Below, one piece after another: positions 1 to 13,900 of a stretch of 64,000 nt of DNA (the stretch's first letter is position 1; every line of letters begins with the position of its first letter). Location of the stretch: positions 4,624,117-4,688,116 of the forward strand of contig NC_083410.1 of NCBI RefSeq assembly GCF_020745735.1, written 5' to 3'. The position numbers and the translations under genes were made by a program. Under the pieces are notes generated by a model, which ran no database searches, had not been told where the DNA came from, and worked only from the letters and a program-made list of their open reading frames with translations. The stretch comes from Hemiscyllium ocellatum (taxonomy: Eukaryota).

Positions 1-1298
1 TTCCTCCAATTCGCTATTTTCTCTACCTCAGTATCTGGGACACCACATAGTCACAGTTGTCCACACACTCACACACCTTGCATCACAACAGTGAGACTCC
101 ATTGCAAATTCTTCTCAGCATTGTCCCAGTCTTTCAAGAGTAATTTAAGAAGAAGAACACGGATAAACTAAAATAATATTTTTAAACAGCACTTTTCAGA
201 ACCTCAAGAGGTCCCAACATAATTTACAATCAATGGCATGCGTTAGTTTCTTGGAAAAATACACAGGAAGATACCACAAACATTGTCTAATAAAGCAGAG
301 TCAACAAGGGCTTTGTGGAAAGGGAAATCTTGTCTTCCTAATTTATCAGAGATTTTTGAGCAAGACATGATGAGGATAGATAGAGGGTAACCAGTGGATG
401 TGTTATATTTGGACTCTCAGAAAGCATTTGACAAAGTACCTCCCAAAAGGTTAAGTATTCAGAGAACAGCCCATGGTCGTGGTCATTGGTGTGAATAGAG
501 AATTGGGAAATGAGCAGAAAACAGGGAGTGGTGAGAAGGGCTTTTTTGTCAGATTGATGGGGGGGTTTCACAGGCATCAGTGAAGGGACCACAACTGTTT
601 AAAATATATATGATTGACTGGGCAGAAGGAAGTGCATGTACTTTAGCCAAATTTCCAAATGACAGAAAAAATATGTGGAAAGGCAGTTTGACAGAGGGAT
701 ATAAACAGTTTATAAAGAGATATTGTTTGGTTAAATAAGTGGGAAAATGTTGACAAATAGAGTAACAGGGAAATGGGAAGCTGTTCATTTTGAGATAGAC
801 AACAAAAGAACACATTTTTACACACAGAAATTGCAGAGAGCTGTAACACAAAGGGAATGGGGGGATCTAGTGTGTGAAACACAGAAAGCTAGTACACAGG
901 GGCAGCAGGTAATCAGGAAAGCTCATGCAATGTTGGCCCTCAGTTCAATGGGGTTGGAGTATGAGAGTCAGGAAGTCTTACTGCAATTTTTAAATGCTGT
1001 GGAGACTACATCAACAGTAGTATCAACAGTTTTGGTTCCCATATTCCAGAAAAGATAACATTTCATTGAAGACAGTTCAATGCAATTACACTGAGATGAT
1101 CACTTGTTTGGAGGGATTGTCATTTGAGCAAAGGCTGAACAGGTTGGGCTTCCCCTCATTGGAGTTTAGGAGAATGATAGGTGATCTCATTGAAACATAC
1201 AGGATTTATGAGGTGCCTGATGGGGTCAATGCTGAGAGGATGTTTCCCCTCAGGGGAGAGTCTAGGACCAGAGGGCATCATCTCAGAATAAAGCGACA

Positions 1299-3937
1299 TA
1301 GAACATGGTGCGTGACCTGTGAACTATTCTCAGCTCGCCCCCCTCCCAAACTATCCCAAAATCATCCATGTGCTTATCTAAGGATTGTTTAGGTCTCCCT
1401 AATGTGGCTGAGTTGACTGCCTTAGCAGGTAGGGCATTCCACTCTCTGCGTAAAGAAATTGCCTCTGATGTCTGTCTTAAATCTATCACCCCTCAATTTG
1501 TACTTATGCCCCCTCATACAAGCTGTTATCATCATCCTAGGAAAAAGACTTTCACTGTCTACCCTATCTAATCCTCTGATCATCTTGTATGCCTCTGTCA
1601 AATCCCCTCTTAGCCTTCTTCTTTCCAATGAGAACAGACCCAAGTTTCTCAGTCTATCCTTATAAGTCCTTCCCTCCAGACCAGGCAACGTTCTGGTAAT
1701 CTCCTCTGCACCTTTTCCAATGCTTCCACATCCTTCCTGAAATATGGGGACCAGAAATGTAAGCAATATTCTAAGTGTGGCCGCACCAGCATTTTGTATA
1801 GTTGCAGCATGATATTGCAGCTCCAGAACACATTCCCTCTTCCAATGAAACCTAACACACTGTATGCCTTATTAAGCAGCATTATCCACCTGGGTGGCAA
1901 CTTTCAGGGACCTATGTACATGGACACCAAGATCCCTCTGCACCTCCACACTACCAAGAATCTTTCCATTGATCCAGTATTCTGCCTTCCTGTTATTTTT
2001 CCCAAAGTGCATCACCTCACATTTACCTGCATTGAACTCCATTTGCCACCTCTCAGCCCAATTCTGCAGTTTATCCAAGTCCCCCTACAACCTGTAACAT
2101 TCTTCCAAATTGTCCACTACTCCATCAACTTTAGTGTCACCTGCAAACTTACTAATCCATCCACCTGTGCCTGCGTCTAAGTCATTTATAAAAATGACAA
2201 ACAGCAGTGGTCCCAAAACAGATCCTTGTGGCACACCACTAGTAACCGGACTCCAGGTTGAATATTTTCCATCAACACCACTTGCTGCCTTCTTCCAGAA
2301 AGCCAGTTTCTAATCCAAACTGCTGAATCACCCTCAATTCCATGCTTCTGCATTTTCTCCAACAGCCTACCATGTGGAACCTTATCAAAGGCTTTACTGA
2401 AGTCCATGTATACCACGTCAACTGCCCTACCCTCATCTATATGCTTGGTCACCTTCTCAAAAAACTCAATGAGGTTTGTGAGACATAACCAGCCCTTAAC
2501 GAAACCATGTTGACTATCTGAAACCAAATTGTTGCTTGCTAGATGATTATAAATCTTATCTCCTTTAATTCTTTCCAAAACATTTCCTACAACAGAAGTA
2601 AGGCTCACTCTATAATTACCTGGGCCATCTCTGCTGACCTTCTTGAACAAGGGCACAACATTTGCAATCCTCCTCCTCTGGTACTAAACCTGTAGACAAT
2701 GACCACTCAAATATCAAAGCCAAAGGCTATGCTATCTCCTCCCTAGCTTCCCAGAGAATCCTCGGATACATCCCATCCGGCCCAGGGGACTTGTCTACTT
2801 TCACTCTTCCGGAATTGATAACACCCATTTGTAACTAACCTCCATCCTTTCTAGTCTAATATCTCGCACCTCATTCTTCTTCTCTACAATATTCTCCTTT
2901 TCCTCAGTGAAAACCAATGAGAAATGTTCGTTTAGCACCTCTACGATCTCCACAGGGTCCACACTCAACTTCCCACTTCTGTCTTTGACTGGCCCTATTC
3001 CTACCCTCATCATCCTTTTATTCCTCACATACCTATAGAAAGCTTTAGGGTTCTCCTTTGTTCTATTTGCTAAAGACTGCTCATGTCCTCTCTTTGCTCT
3101 TCTTAACTCTCTCTTTAAATCCTTCCTAGCTGATCTGTAACTCTCCATCACATCATCTGAACCATCTTGCCTCATCAACACATAAGCCGCCTCCTTCTTC
3201 TTAACAAGATATGCAATTTCTATAGTAAACCAAAGCTCTCTTACCTTATCACGTTCTCCCTGCCTGACAGGGGCATACCTATCAATGATACGTAATATCT
3301 GTTCCTTAAACCAGCTCCATATTTCCATTCTCTACATCCCCTGCATTTTGCGACCCCATTCTATGCATCCTAATTCTTGCCTAATTGCATTAGAATTGCC
3401 CTTGCCCCATCGATAACTTTTGACCTGTGGCATGTACCTATCCCTTTCCATCACTAAACTAAACATAACTGGATTATGGTCACTCTTTCTAAAAGTGCTC
3501 ACCTACAACTAAATCAAACACCTGGCCTGCTTCATTACCAAGCTCCAGATCCAGTGTGGCCTCCCCTCTTGTCAGCCCTTTGACATACTGTGTCAGGAAA
3601 TCCTCCTGTACACATTGGACAATAACTGATCCATCCGACATACCAGTGTTCTACCATTTCCAGTCAATTTGGGAAAGTTAACGTCCCCCATAATGACCAT
3701 CCTGTTCCTTTAACTCCTACTCAGAATAATTTTGCTAATCCTCTCTTCCACCTCCTGTGGGGGGCCTATAAAAACTCCAAGCAGTGTGACCTCTCCTCTC
3801 CTGTTTCTAACCTCAGCCCACACTACCTCAGTAGACAAGTCCTCATCAAAAATTCTCTCAGCTACCATTATACTGTCCATGACTAACAAAGCCACGCCTC
3901 CCCCTCTTTTACCACCTTGCCTGTTCTTAATGAAGGC
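1299..3937 (-). mobile_element. CR1-clade LINE ORF2 (degenerate), present only in copy A
   Basis: Minus-strand ORFs with AVDVVYMDFSKAFDKVPH, LVRPHLEYC and LGLFSLERRRLRGDL. It interrupts an older plus-strand CR1 fragment that is continuous in copy B at about 45990-46010. Confidence 0.9.
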
Positions 3938-4644
3938 ACCAACTTAAGACTGAGATAAGGAGGAATTTCTTCTCTCAGAGGGTTCTGAATCTGTAGATCA
4001 TCTTGGGGCTGTGAGGGCAGAGACCTTGCATAAAGTTCAGGCTGAGAGACTTAGATTCTTGTTCAGTCGGGGAAATTCAGGGGAAATATGGGGACAACAT
4101 AGGAGTGTGGATGTGAGGAGAGTCTCATCAGCTGTGATTCTAATGATGGTGGAAGAGACTTAAGGGGCTGAATTGCCTACATCTATTCCTATTTCTAACA
4201 AACAGCATTAAAAGAAATACTCCTGTCATCTGCTTCAGAGATGTATATTTCCTGAACACTGGGTGAACTCCTGTGTTGATCCTTGAATGATACCCTGGGA
4301 TATTTCACAACCTCCTGTAAGGACAGACGTGGTTTAACACCTCAGGTCAGTGCTGCCTGTTCCAAACACACTGCCTTGGTGCTGCTCTGGATGGCCCCAA
4401 TGTCTGCTCAACCCTCTGGAGGGGAGGCACTCCCATCACCTTCTGCCTCAGAGACAGAGAGCTCCCAATAAATCACAGCTGAGAGAATGCACCCTATTGA
4501 GTTGCACTGTTTCTAGCCCCGTACCTTAAATATGTAGTGTACTAAACACCAGGTGACTGTCAACATTTTTGATATATTCCTAAAATTTGAAAGATGAAGT
4601 AATATATTTCTCTCTGCTAATCTCCATCTGTTTCCCACACACAG

Positions 4645-4992
4645 ATCCATTGGCTGATCCAGTCCTCATTCAGGAACCAGTGGTCAGCAAGGTAGCAGAG
4701 GGTGAAACTGCCGAGTTCCAGTGTGCCATGTACAATGCCAGTGTGATTGACACTGATGTCCACTGGCACTATCAACGACCTGGCAGCAAGAGGGAGTGGA
4801 TGATAAGCCACTTTGTGAATGGCACCCTTACCACGGCCCACGGTTTCCACGATCGGATTCTGCTTTCCAGGAATGTCCGCAGGAACAGTTACATTCTGAG
4901 CCTTGTAAATGTGACTTGGAATGATACTGCTGTGTACAGCTGCAGTGTGTGGGGCTACATCTATGGAGCAGGGAGCCAGCTCAAAATAACTG
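4645..4992 (+). CDS. V1: intact V-set Ig exon with fused J-like segment
   Basis: Acceptor tttcccacacacag, donor gtaagt, 348 nt, phase 1-1. Motifs FQC, VHW, DTAVYSC and YGAGSQL (F/Y-G-x-G J motif); no stops. Confidence 0.93.
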
Positions 4993-7900
4993 GTAAGTCA
5001 ATGGGAGGGAACACAGGCAGCTGCACAGACCCAACTGGGAACTGTTTTACCTTCACACTGTAGAGCAGACAAGTGGAATCTTATAATTTCATCCAACATG
5101 TTTCATATTGGGTCATGGAATGGGCAGTGGGAAGGTTAGTTCCAGAGGCAAAATACAAAGGTTGAATTGTGGAAATATGAGAATGGATTGATACTTTTTC
5201 TATCATGCCATGGATATGGGTGTGACTGGGCAGGACCAACATTTACTGCTCCTCACTCATTGCCCTTCAGAACGTAGCAGTGAGCTGCCTCTCTGAACAT
5301 CTGCAGCTTTGATCCTATTGAGAATTTTGATCAGCTATTTCAGAGGGCAGATTGGAGCTGGTCACATTTCTGGATTCAGATACAGGCCAGACTAAAGATT
5401 GCAGATTACTGCCCCTCAAGGTTATCAGTGAAGTGGATGGCTGTTTTCATTGACTCGCTGGGCCTGTCCTTAGTTGCCCCTTAAGAAGGTCATGGTGAGC
5501 AGCCCTCTTGAACCACTGCAATCCATCTGCTATTGGTGAAGCCTCAATACATACAGGAAGGGAAGTCCAGGATTTTGACCTAACCACAATGAAAGAAAGG
5601 TGATAATATATCCAAGTTGGCATGCGAGTGGCTTGGAGGGATGCCAGCAGGAGTTGGTGTACCAATCTATACGCTGCCCTTGTCCATCTAGATGGAAGTG
5701 GTTGTGGCTTTGGAAGATGCTGTCAGGGAATCTTTGGTGAGTTTCTGCAGTGCATCTTGTAGATAGTACACGCTGCTGCTACTGAATGTTGGTGGAGGGA
5801 GTGGATATTTCTCTGGTGGATGCAACTATGAAGAAGCAAGCTGCTTTGTTGAGAATAGTGAAACCTTCTTGCATGATATTTGTGCCCTTAGTAGCCAAAT
5901 TTCTTGACAGATTTCCATCATAAATGTGACTTTTGCCTTGTAAATGGTGGACAGACTTTGGGGAGTCAGGAGGTGAGTTACTCGCTGCAGGATGCACATT
6001 TCTGACCTGATCTTACAGATATTGTATTGATGTCTCATGATCCTTCTTCAGCACAGTTAAGAGAAGTCATTTCAGACTCAAAACGTAACTCTGATTCTCT
6101 CTCCATCGATGCTGTCAGACCTGCTGTGTTTCTCCAGAACTTTCAGTTTTATTTCCGATTTCCAGCATCAACAGTATTTTGTTTCTCCCTGATGAATGAG
6201 AGCCCATTCTCAACGCTGGGAAAGTTAAAATGTTCATTTCCTCAACTCCAGGACAATGTACAATCAGTGCTCCAGGCAGGGACTAACACAATACCTGACA
6301 TGGTTTGATGATTTGCGTACAGTTTTTTTTTTGAAGTGTGGTATCTATCAACATCTGGCTGGGAGCAGCCATGTTGGATGGACAGCCCAGAAGGCAGCTG
6401 TGAGGACAGCTCCAGGCATTGAGCGGGCAGTGAACACAAACTCTGTTTCTCTCTCCTCAGGCACCGCTAGAGCTGATAAGTTTCTCCAACACTCCCTGCT
6501 TATGTCTCTCATTCTTTGAGGTTTTTGATGATACAGGAGGAGGTAGTCACAACTTTCGGGAAGATAAAGCCAATGAGTTTCTCTTTTTCCTGCGGAATGT
6601 TCACTGACTTTCAAAAGGCTTCTCGTGGCTCTTCAAATCAGTGCAGAGAGATTCTAATCGCCGGTTAATCTGCAAAGGACGTCACAAGACCGAGGAGAGG
6701 CATTTTGAGATTCTGGCAGGATGGTGGTTCAGTGGTTAGCACTGCTGCCTCACAGCACTAGGGACCTGGGTTCAACTTCAGTCTCAGGTGACTCTATGTG
6801 TGGAGTTTCCACGTTGTCCCTGTGTCTGCACGGATTTCCTCTGGCTGCTGCAGTTTCCTCCCACTGTCCAAAGATGTGTAGGTTAGGTGGATTGGCCATG
6901 CTAAATTGCCCGAGTCTGTAGGTATGTGCTGGCTAGGTGAGTTAGCCAGAGTAAATGATGGGTTTTGGCGATAGAGTGGCGATAGACTTAGAAGGTCAGT
7001 GCAGGCTTAATGAGCAACTGACCTCTACCTGCACGGTAGGGATTCGATGAATCTATGAGCAAATTGTGTGTATTCCTCCCAAAAGATGCAAATCCCCCAG
7101 TCCTTCATGAGTCTCCAATCCTGGAACGTGTCACCAAGGGTCACACTGCCCAATTACAGGGCACCATGAGGAACACTGCAGCGACACACACCAATGTTTA
7201 CTGGTACCAGGGCAGACCGGGAATAACACAGAGTAGCTTTTAACATACACCATGAGGAACATCACACAATGGAGCCCAGGATTCACTGAACAATTCCAGT
7301 CTTCTAGAGACTCCTCCAATAACAGCTTCATTCTGACCATCACAAATCTGCAGCCCAGAGACACTGGGGTCTATCATTGTGAAGTGTAGGGAGATATCAG
7401 TGGGACAGGAACCCAGGTGACTATAACAGGTACGTCCTGTTGACCACGACACTAACTCTGATGGACAGGTTGGTATAGGGGGATCATTTTAGTCTTCATC
7501 TTACAGTTTTAATATGTTTTTTTAAAATGACAACAAGAACCTTTTTTACTCGAACGTGAACTTCACTTGGTACTCATTAGGAAGACATTTCCTATTAGCT
7601 AATTGTTGGTGGAACATTTAACTTTGCAATTGAAAGTCTCTGGAGCCCAGTGAACTCCTCCTCATTTGATGGGGGTGTTTGTGGTGATGAGTCCGTTTCT
7701 CTGTCGAGGGGACACTCCTCAGTAAGGTGCAGTATAGTCTGTGTCTCTCCACAAGTGTGTGACAGAAGGCTTTGGGCTGAAGCCCCCTGAGGGAGGGAGT
7801 TAGCTGCTTCAGGGACTCTGGCTGTTCTCATCCTGTTCAGCAAGGCCCACTCTCAGTATGGGAGCTCCAAGGTTGCCTTTTGACAGATGGCCTTTGACAC

Positions 7901-10900
7901 AAGGGGAGAATGGGTCAGTGATATCCCACTGTCTCCATCGTCTTAATCTGAAGGACATCTTGTTGGTGGACCTTGCTCAGGAATGTTGCGCCATATGGAA
8001 CACTCTGATGGAGAGGGAACACCATGTGGATCATTGTGGAGTCCGGAAAGGAGAGGGAGCACAGATCACTTCATCCAGCTTGTGGGTTTTCATCAATCAC
8101 TAGAGGTGTCGGGGGAGGGGGAGGGAAGTTTGTGAGGACAGGAGGCTGGGGGAGATCTGTTGACGAAAAAGTTCCAGTAACGAAACACATTGTTACCTTC
8201 AGTGCACTGTCAGCGAGACGTGGGAGATGATGCAGAGGGTCAGACAGATGACCAGTAGCCTGTTGTATGGAGGCTCACATCCACCATCAGTGCTGTGCTT
8301 CCACTCACTCTCATTTTAATTCTCACGCCCACTGTTTCAGTGAAACTCAGAATCAGCTCCAGGGAAACCATTTCATCATTTGACCTGGAATCTTATAATG
8401 CTGCAAACTCATTTGTCCTCTAACCTGAGAGGAAATCATTGATAGGCTTACTTCTGGAAATCCTGATGAAATCCTTGGCTTTGAACAGCAGATGTTTGTT
8501 GTAGTGACTTTGGCAAACCATCCCATCATTTCAAATCAACACATGTTCCACTCCTGGTCAAAGGCTGTTTCTGTTTGGTGTTCCTTTCCATAACTTGGCT
8601 TGCTCAACTATATGTTATGATCACTCTTGCAGACAACGTTTTCTGATGTCTTGACATTTCTTGCTGTAGAGAATACCTTGATTTCTTTCACAAAAAAGGA
8701 ATTTTTTTGCTTGATCTACTACTGTTTTGGGAGTGTACCTGCCGTTCTTTGTACCTCATCTGGAACACAGACTATACCATTGTCATATCTGATCAGTGTA
8801 ATCCTGAAACTCTGTCTGCACAGTAGCATCTTTGACATGCCTTTCAAACCCAATAACTAATGGTCAATCTTGACCTGAAATTTCACCCCCACAATATAAT
8901 CTGCGAAACGTTCACACCCCTATGGGCCTGCCAATGTTCCTGCCTAAATGATTGTGGAACAGTGTTCAGTGCCCAAAAAAGATGTTGACATAAGATAATC
9001 CGTTTTTTATGTTGTCAGTTGGGATTGGAGAAGGAATAACTTTTGATCCTGTGAACGATGTATCCACAGCTACCAAAATGAAAAAGCTCAGATTGGAATG
9101 CACTAAAACACCAGGACAGAGTAGTTTTACATGAATACTTCAAAAGCTGCAGTCTGTACTTACTTCAGTAGTAAAGAGTCGAACAGTCAGACAGATACAG
9201 TCCCTTCACTACAACTTGTCCACGCTGACCAGGTATCCAAAACTGAACTACTGTCAGGTGCCTGCGTTTCACCTATGTCCCTTGAAACCTTTCCAATCCA
9301 AGTAGCTATCCAAATGCCTTTTCAAAGTAACTATACTCACCTCGACTACTTCCTCTGGCTCTCACTGCGTATACGCAGCACCCTCTGCAACAAAACGTTG
9401 CTCCTCAGTTACCAACCTATGCAGCCTCTCCTTATAATTCAAACCCTCCAGTCTGGCAACATCCTTGTAAATGGTTTCTGCACAACATCCTTCCCATAAC
9501 AGAGTCACAAGAATCATATTCGAACAGTGTTGTACTAGAAAAGCACAGCTGGTCATGCAGCGTCCTAGGAGCAAGAGAATCGACGTTTCAGGCATAATCC
9601 CTTCATCAGGTTGATTTCATCATTCCTGGTAAAGAGCTTATGCAAGAAATGCCGATTTTCCTGCTCCTCGGATGCTGCCTGATTGGCTGTGCTTTTCCAG
9701 CATCACACTCTCGACTCTGATCTCCAGCACCTGCAGTCCTCACTTTTTCCTCCAACAAGAATCAAATGCAGTATTCTAAACAGCATTCCATACATCACAA
9801 AAGCCTTGTAGAGCCGCAACATGTCATTGCAAGCTCTTTTACACTTTCAGTAAGACAAGCTGAGTTACAGATTAATTTTCTCACTGATTCACCATGCCTC
9901 AAAAGCATTCTATCTTACGGACATCAGTGCTGGAAATTCACTGATAGTCCTTGTCTTCCTTTGATACACCATGAATCCTAGTTCTTGGAAAATGCAAGTT
10001 CAGAATCTCATCACCTGCCATGGTAACTGGCATTTCCTCATTTCAAGCACAGTGACCAATGGGGTGCCACCGCGATCGGTGCTGGGTCCACAGCTTTTCG
10101 TCAATTGTGTAAATGATTTGGATGTGAAGAGAGGAGGTATGGTTCGTAAGTTTGAAAATGATACCAAAATTGGAATGTTGTGGATAGCAAGGAAAGTTAC
10201 CTCAGAGTAGAACAGGATCTCGATCAGATGGGCCAATGGGCCCAGGAGTGGCAGATGCAGTTTAATTTAGGGAAATGAGAGGTGCTGCATTTTGGAAAGG
10301 CAAATCAGAGCATGACTTCTCCACATCATGGGAATGTCCTGGGAGTGTAGCTGAACAAAGAGACCTTGGAATACAGTTTCACAGTCCCTTAAAAGTGGAA
10401 TCACATGTAGATAGGATAGTCAAGAAGGTGTTTGGTATGCTTGCCTTCATTGGTCAGTGCATTGCGTTTTGGAGTTGGGAGGTCACGTTGTGGCTGTACA
10501 CGACATTGGTTGGGCCATTTTTGGAATACTGCATGCAGAGACAACATTTTCATGCAGAGCATAGTGCATGTATGGAATTGAGCTGCCAGAGGAAGTGGTG
10601 GAGGCTGGTACAATTACAATATTTAAAAGGCAGCTGGATGGGTGTATGAAGAGGAAGTCTTTAGAAGGATATGGGCCAAATGCTGGTAAATGGGACTAGA
10701 TTTATCTAGACTACCTGGTCGGCATCAACAAGTTGGACCAAAAGATCTGTTACTGTGCTGTACAGTTCCATCAGACTATGACCCAGTGAGTAGGGCCTGC
10801 ATTCCGTTGTGCATTGACACATTCCTCAGCCTTTGGTTATGTTCCCCCTTCACATTGCCACACATGTGGATGTCCTCATAACTCCATTGTTCTCTTGAAT

Positions 10901-13900
10901 GAGATCCACACAAAATCTCAGTCCTCCATTTGTCTTTACAACAGTTATTAATGCTGAGAACCATTGTGTCTGCATTTTGACCGGGGAATGACCCCACTAT
11001 CAATCATGGTGTCCAATGAGGGATTACTTTTCCCTTCAGAGGGTGAGGAGTTTTCCAGGTAGTTCAAAAGCTGATAGGTTTTGTGTCTTCTGACTGAATA
11101 ATGTGATACCCCTGCCTTTGTTTATCTAAATCTTTAACTACCTTTTGAAATGCTTGCTGACATTCTCTGATCTTCATTCTGATGTATCGTACCCACACTC
11201 TCTCGGAGACCTGGGCACATATTTACATTTCTGCTTAGCAATGAGGCAGGCTGATTGTCCAGGAGACATGATGCTTCAGTGCAATGTCACTCACTGTGAG
11301 TAATCTTCACTGTGATCAGTCCTCACTCCTGAGGATCTCTGCCTCTTGGTCCTTGGAGATGTTTCTGACTCTCACTGACTTCAACTGAGGCGAGCTGTCA
11401 GCCCGGAATTGAAACAGCTGCTCCTGCATCATGTTTCCATCCTGATCCAAAGCCACGCACCTTCAAGTTAATGGTTCAGACTCTCTTTGACTCACTCCAC
11501 AGATGCAGGCTTCACCTTTCGTTCTTTATCTTTAGTTTCTTTGAACTCTCTCCTTGTTGAATGACTTCCATTTCTCTGGACATTCTCCTCTTGCAGGAAC
11601 TAGGTTTTCGAGTGAAGATGCTGTTTCCACACAGTATTTTCTCAAGCTGCCAAACTGACCACACACTGAGAGCACTCCATCACACTCTGCTGGACTGTCA
11701 TTGGACTGTCATTGTGTTTGGCTCGATACAACATCTATTCGAATTCACCAATGATGTTGATGACTGCCCTTCTGAAGTGTGAGCTTTTGGGTGGGTGTCA
11801 ACACCAGCTTGGAACCTGGCCCTCTGATCATATCAGAAAATTCTCAACATTTCCTCACGGAACTGACTGATTGTGGAGCCTGATGTCTCTCTGTGCATCA
11901 AAGCAAATTATCTGTTCCAACAGGACATTCTTGAGGTCAAACACCTTTCTAAGAGCTGCTTCATCTTTCCTCAGAGTTCAGGCATGCATTTTGTGGACTG
12001 TGAACCAAAAATGGGAGGAGATATTGCTTTAAATTAAAGAAACTATGTGAGAAGTTGTGTGTAGCTTTAATAAACGTTACTGCAACACATGAAACATTGC
12101 CTGAAGCAGCGGGCAGAAAATGATCATTTCATCAACATGTCATAAAGCAAGCAATGTTTGTGATTCTGAGGGGAGCTAGAATATGGCTGCTCAGAGTTTT
12201 TCTTTTTTCATCCAATTACAAAGACTCTGGGAATAGTGGGGCTTGAGTTTGAACTCCCTGCTCCAGTGATGTACAACACCATCATGGGCCTTCTGCAGGG
12301 AAGTATAATTTGGTGGTGTCTTGTGTATGCATATGTAAAGAGTGATCACACAACCACCAATCACTGGTGGCCACTACTTCCCACCTCTGGTCAAGTCAGC
12401 TTAAGCATGTCATTTCCTTCCACAGAAATAACTCACCTCTGGAAGACAAAACTTGTTTGGTTTATTCTGGGAGCTCTGTTTGGAATTACGGGAATAATTT
12501 TATTCATTGGATTCACACGTCTGAGAAAAAAGCAGTTTTCCACATGTGAGTCAATTGTTCACTTTGTCTTGATTATTGTAGGTGGTCATGTTTGAGCCAT
12601 TCATGGAATGTTGGCTGTTTCCTTCCCGAATGGACATTATGTACCAGATGGGCATTTACAACATTCAAAGACAGTTTCACGGTCACCATCACTGAGAGCA
12701 GGATTCAATTCCAGAACTTGTTTTAACAATAAGTTGAACTGAAATTTCATCAAGTGCTCTGTTGGGTTTGGAAACAATTGCACATTAGATTTATAAGATC
12801 CAGGTAAAGTCACCATAATCCCAATGGACTGTAGTGCTGTTCCCTCATTAAACAAAAACAACTCAGGGTGGTCTAACCTGAGGGTCACCTTGCCTCAGAC
12901 GACAGGTTGAGAAGGACAGTCTGACATCGTGTCCTCAGCTGCTGATGTCAATGTGCTTCAAAAACCAGCCATACAGCCAGCTGAGCTAACCAACCTCCAG
13001 AAATGAGCATGTGATAGAGAGGATTAGATAATGTTAACAGAAGCAGTCAGGTGACAGATTCTGGAGAATGAAGAAGTACTGTATCCCAGACAGAAATGTT
13101 CTATCTCCCAGTCTACTGTGTAAATATAGAAAACTTTATATTAACCTCCCAGAGTCCAATGACAGTCACTCTGAGAGTAAGGAAACCAGCCACAAATTAT
13201 CTGAAGAGACATCCAACTCAGATCCTAAACTGGAACTAAATCTGAAAACTCCCAGAGCATTAGCCTGGGCCCCTGGATCCCTGTAGAACAGTAACATTAC
13301 CGCTCTGTCCCCATCTGCCCGACTAGAACAGGAAAGACCAGAACTAAATGTTCAGCAAGCCAGCAATGGAGAGGTTCTTGGCAGCAGATCAATGTGGTGA
13401 AAATGACTGCAACTGATGTTTGATCATTGCTTTCACAGCACAATCTGGAGCAGCTGATGACCCGGACACAACTGCAGATTATAAAAATGCGAGAACACTG
13501 CAGGTGAGTTCAGGTGGTTTTCAAGGACGTTGGATTCTGTCATGGGAAGGCTTGAGCTGATGAGACATGTCTGACCGTGATTTTGAGTCTTTTGTCACTA
13601 AGCGTTGGATTTCAGTGTTAGAGTGGGAGGTATGACATAGATCACTTCCCAACTTAAAAACCCGAGCTCCTCACCCGTGCCCAAACCCACAGGATGTGGT
13701 GAGGCAATCCACACCCACCAAAACCTCCAAGGGGCCTGACTTGATTGTGAGTAGCTATAGACCAGAAGATAAGAGTAGAATTATGCCATTCAGCCCAACC
13801 AGTCTGCTCCACCATTCAGTCACGGCTGATACCTTTCTCCATTCTCCTCCTGCCTTTTCCCCATAACTCTTGAACCCATTAGTCATTCGTAATCTCTTAG

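Noticed and set aside
8400-9100. Unassigned unique-looking sequence with long reverse-strand reading stretches (also about 11200-11850 and 32250-32550)
   Set aside because: Multiple stops and no motif I can recognise; needs BLASTX/Dfam before any claim.
9131-9499. 122-aa ORF conserved at 54409-54777
   Set aside because: Conservation is explained by the recent duplication; it overlaps reverse-strand LINE remnants and has no recognisable domain.
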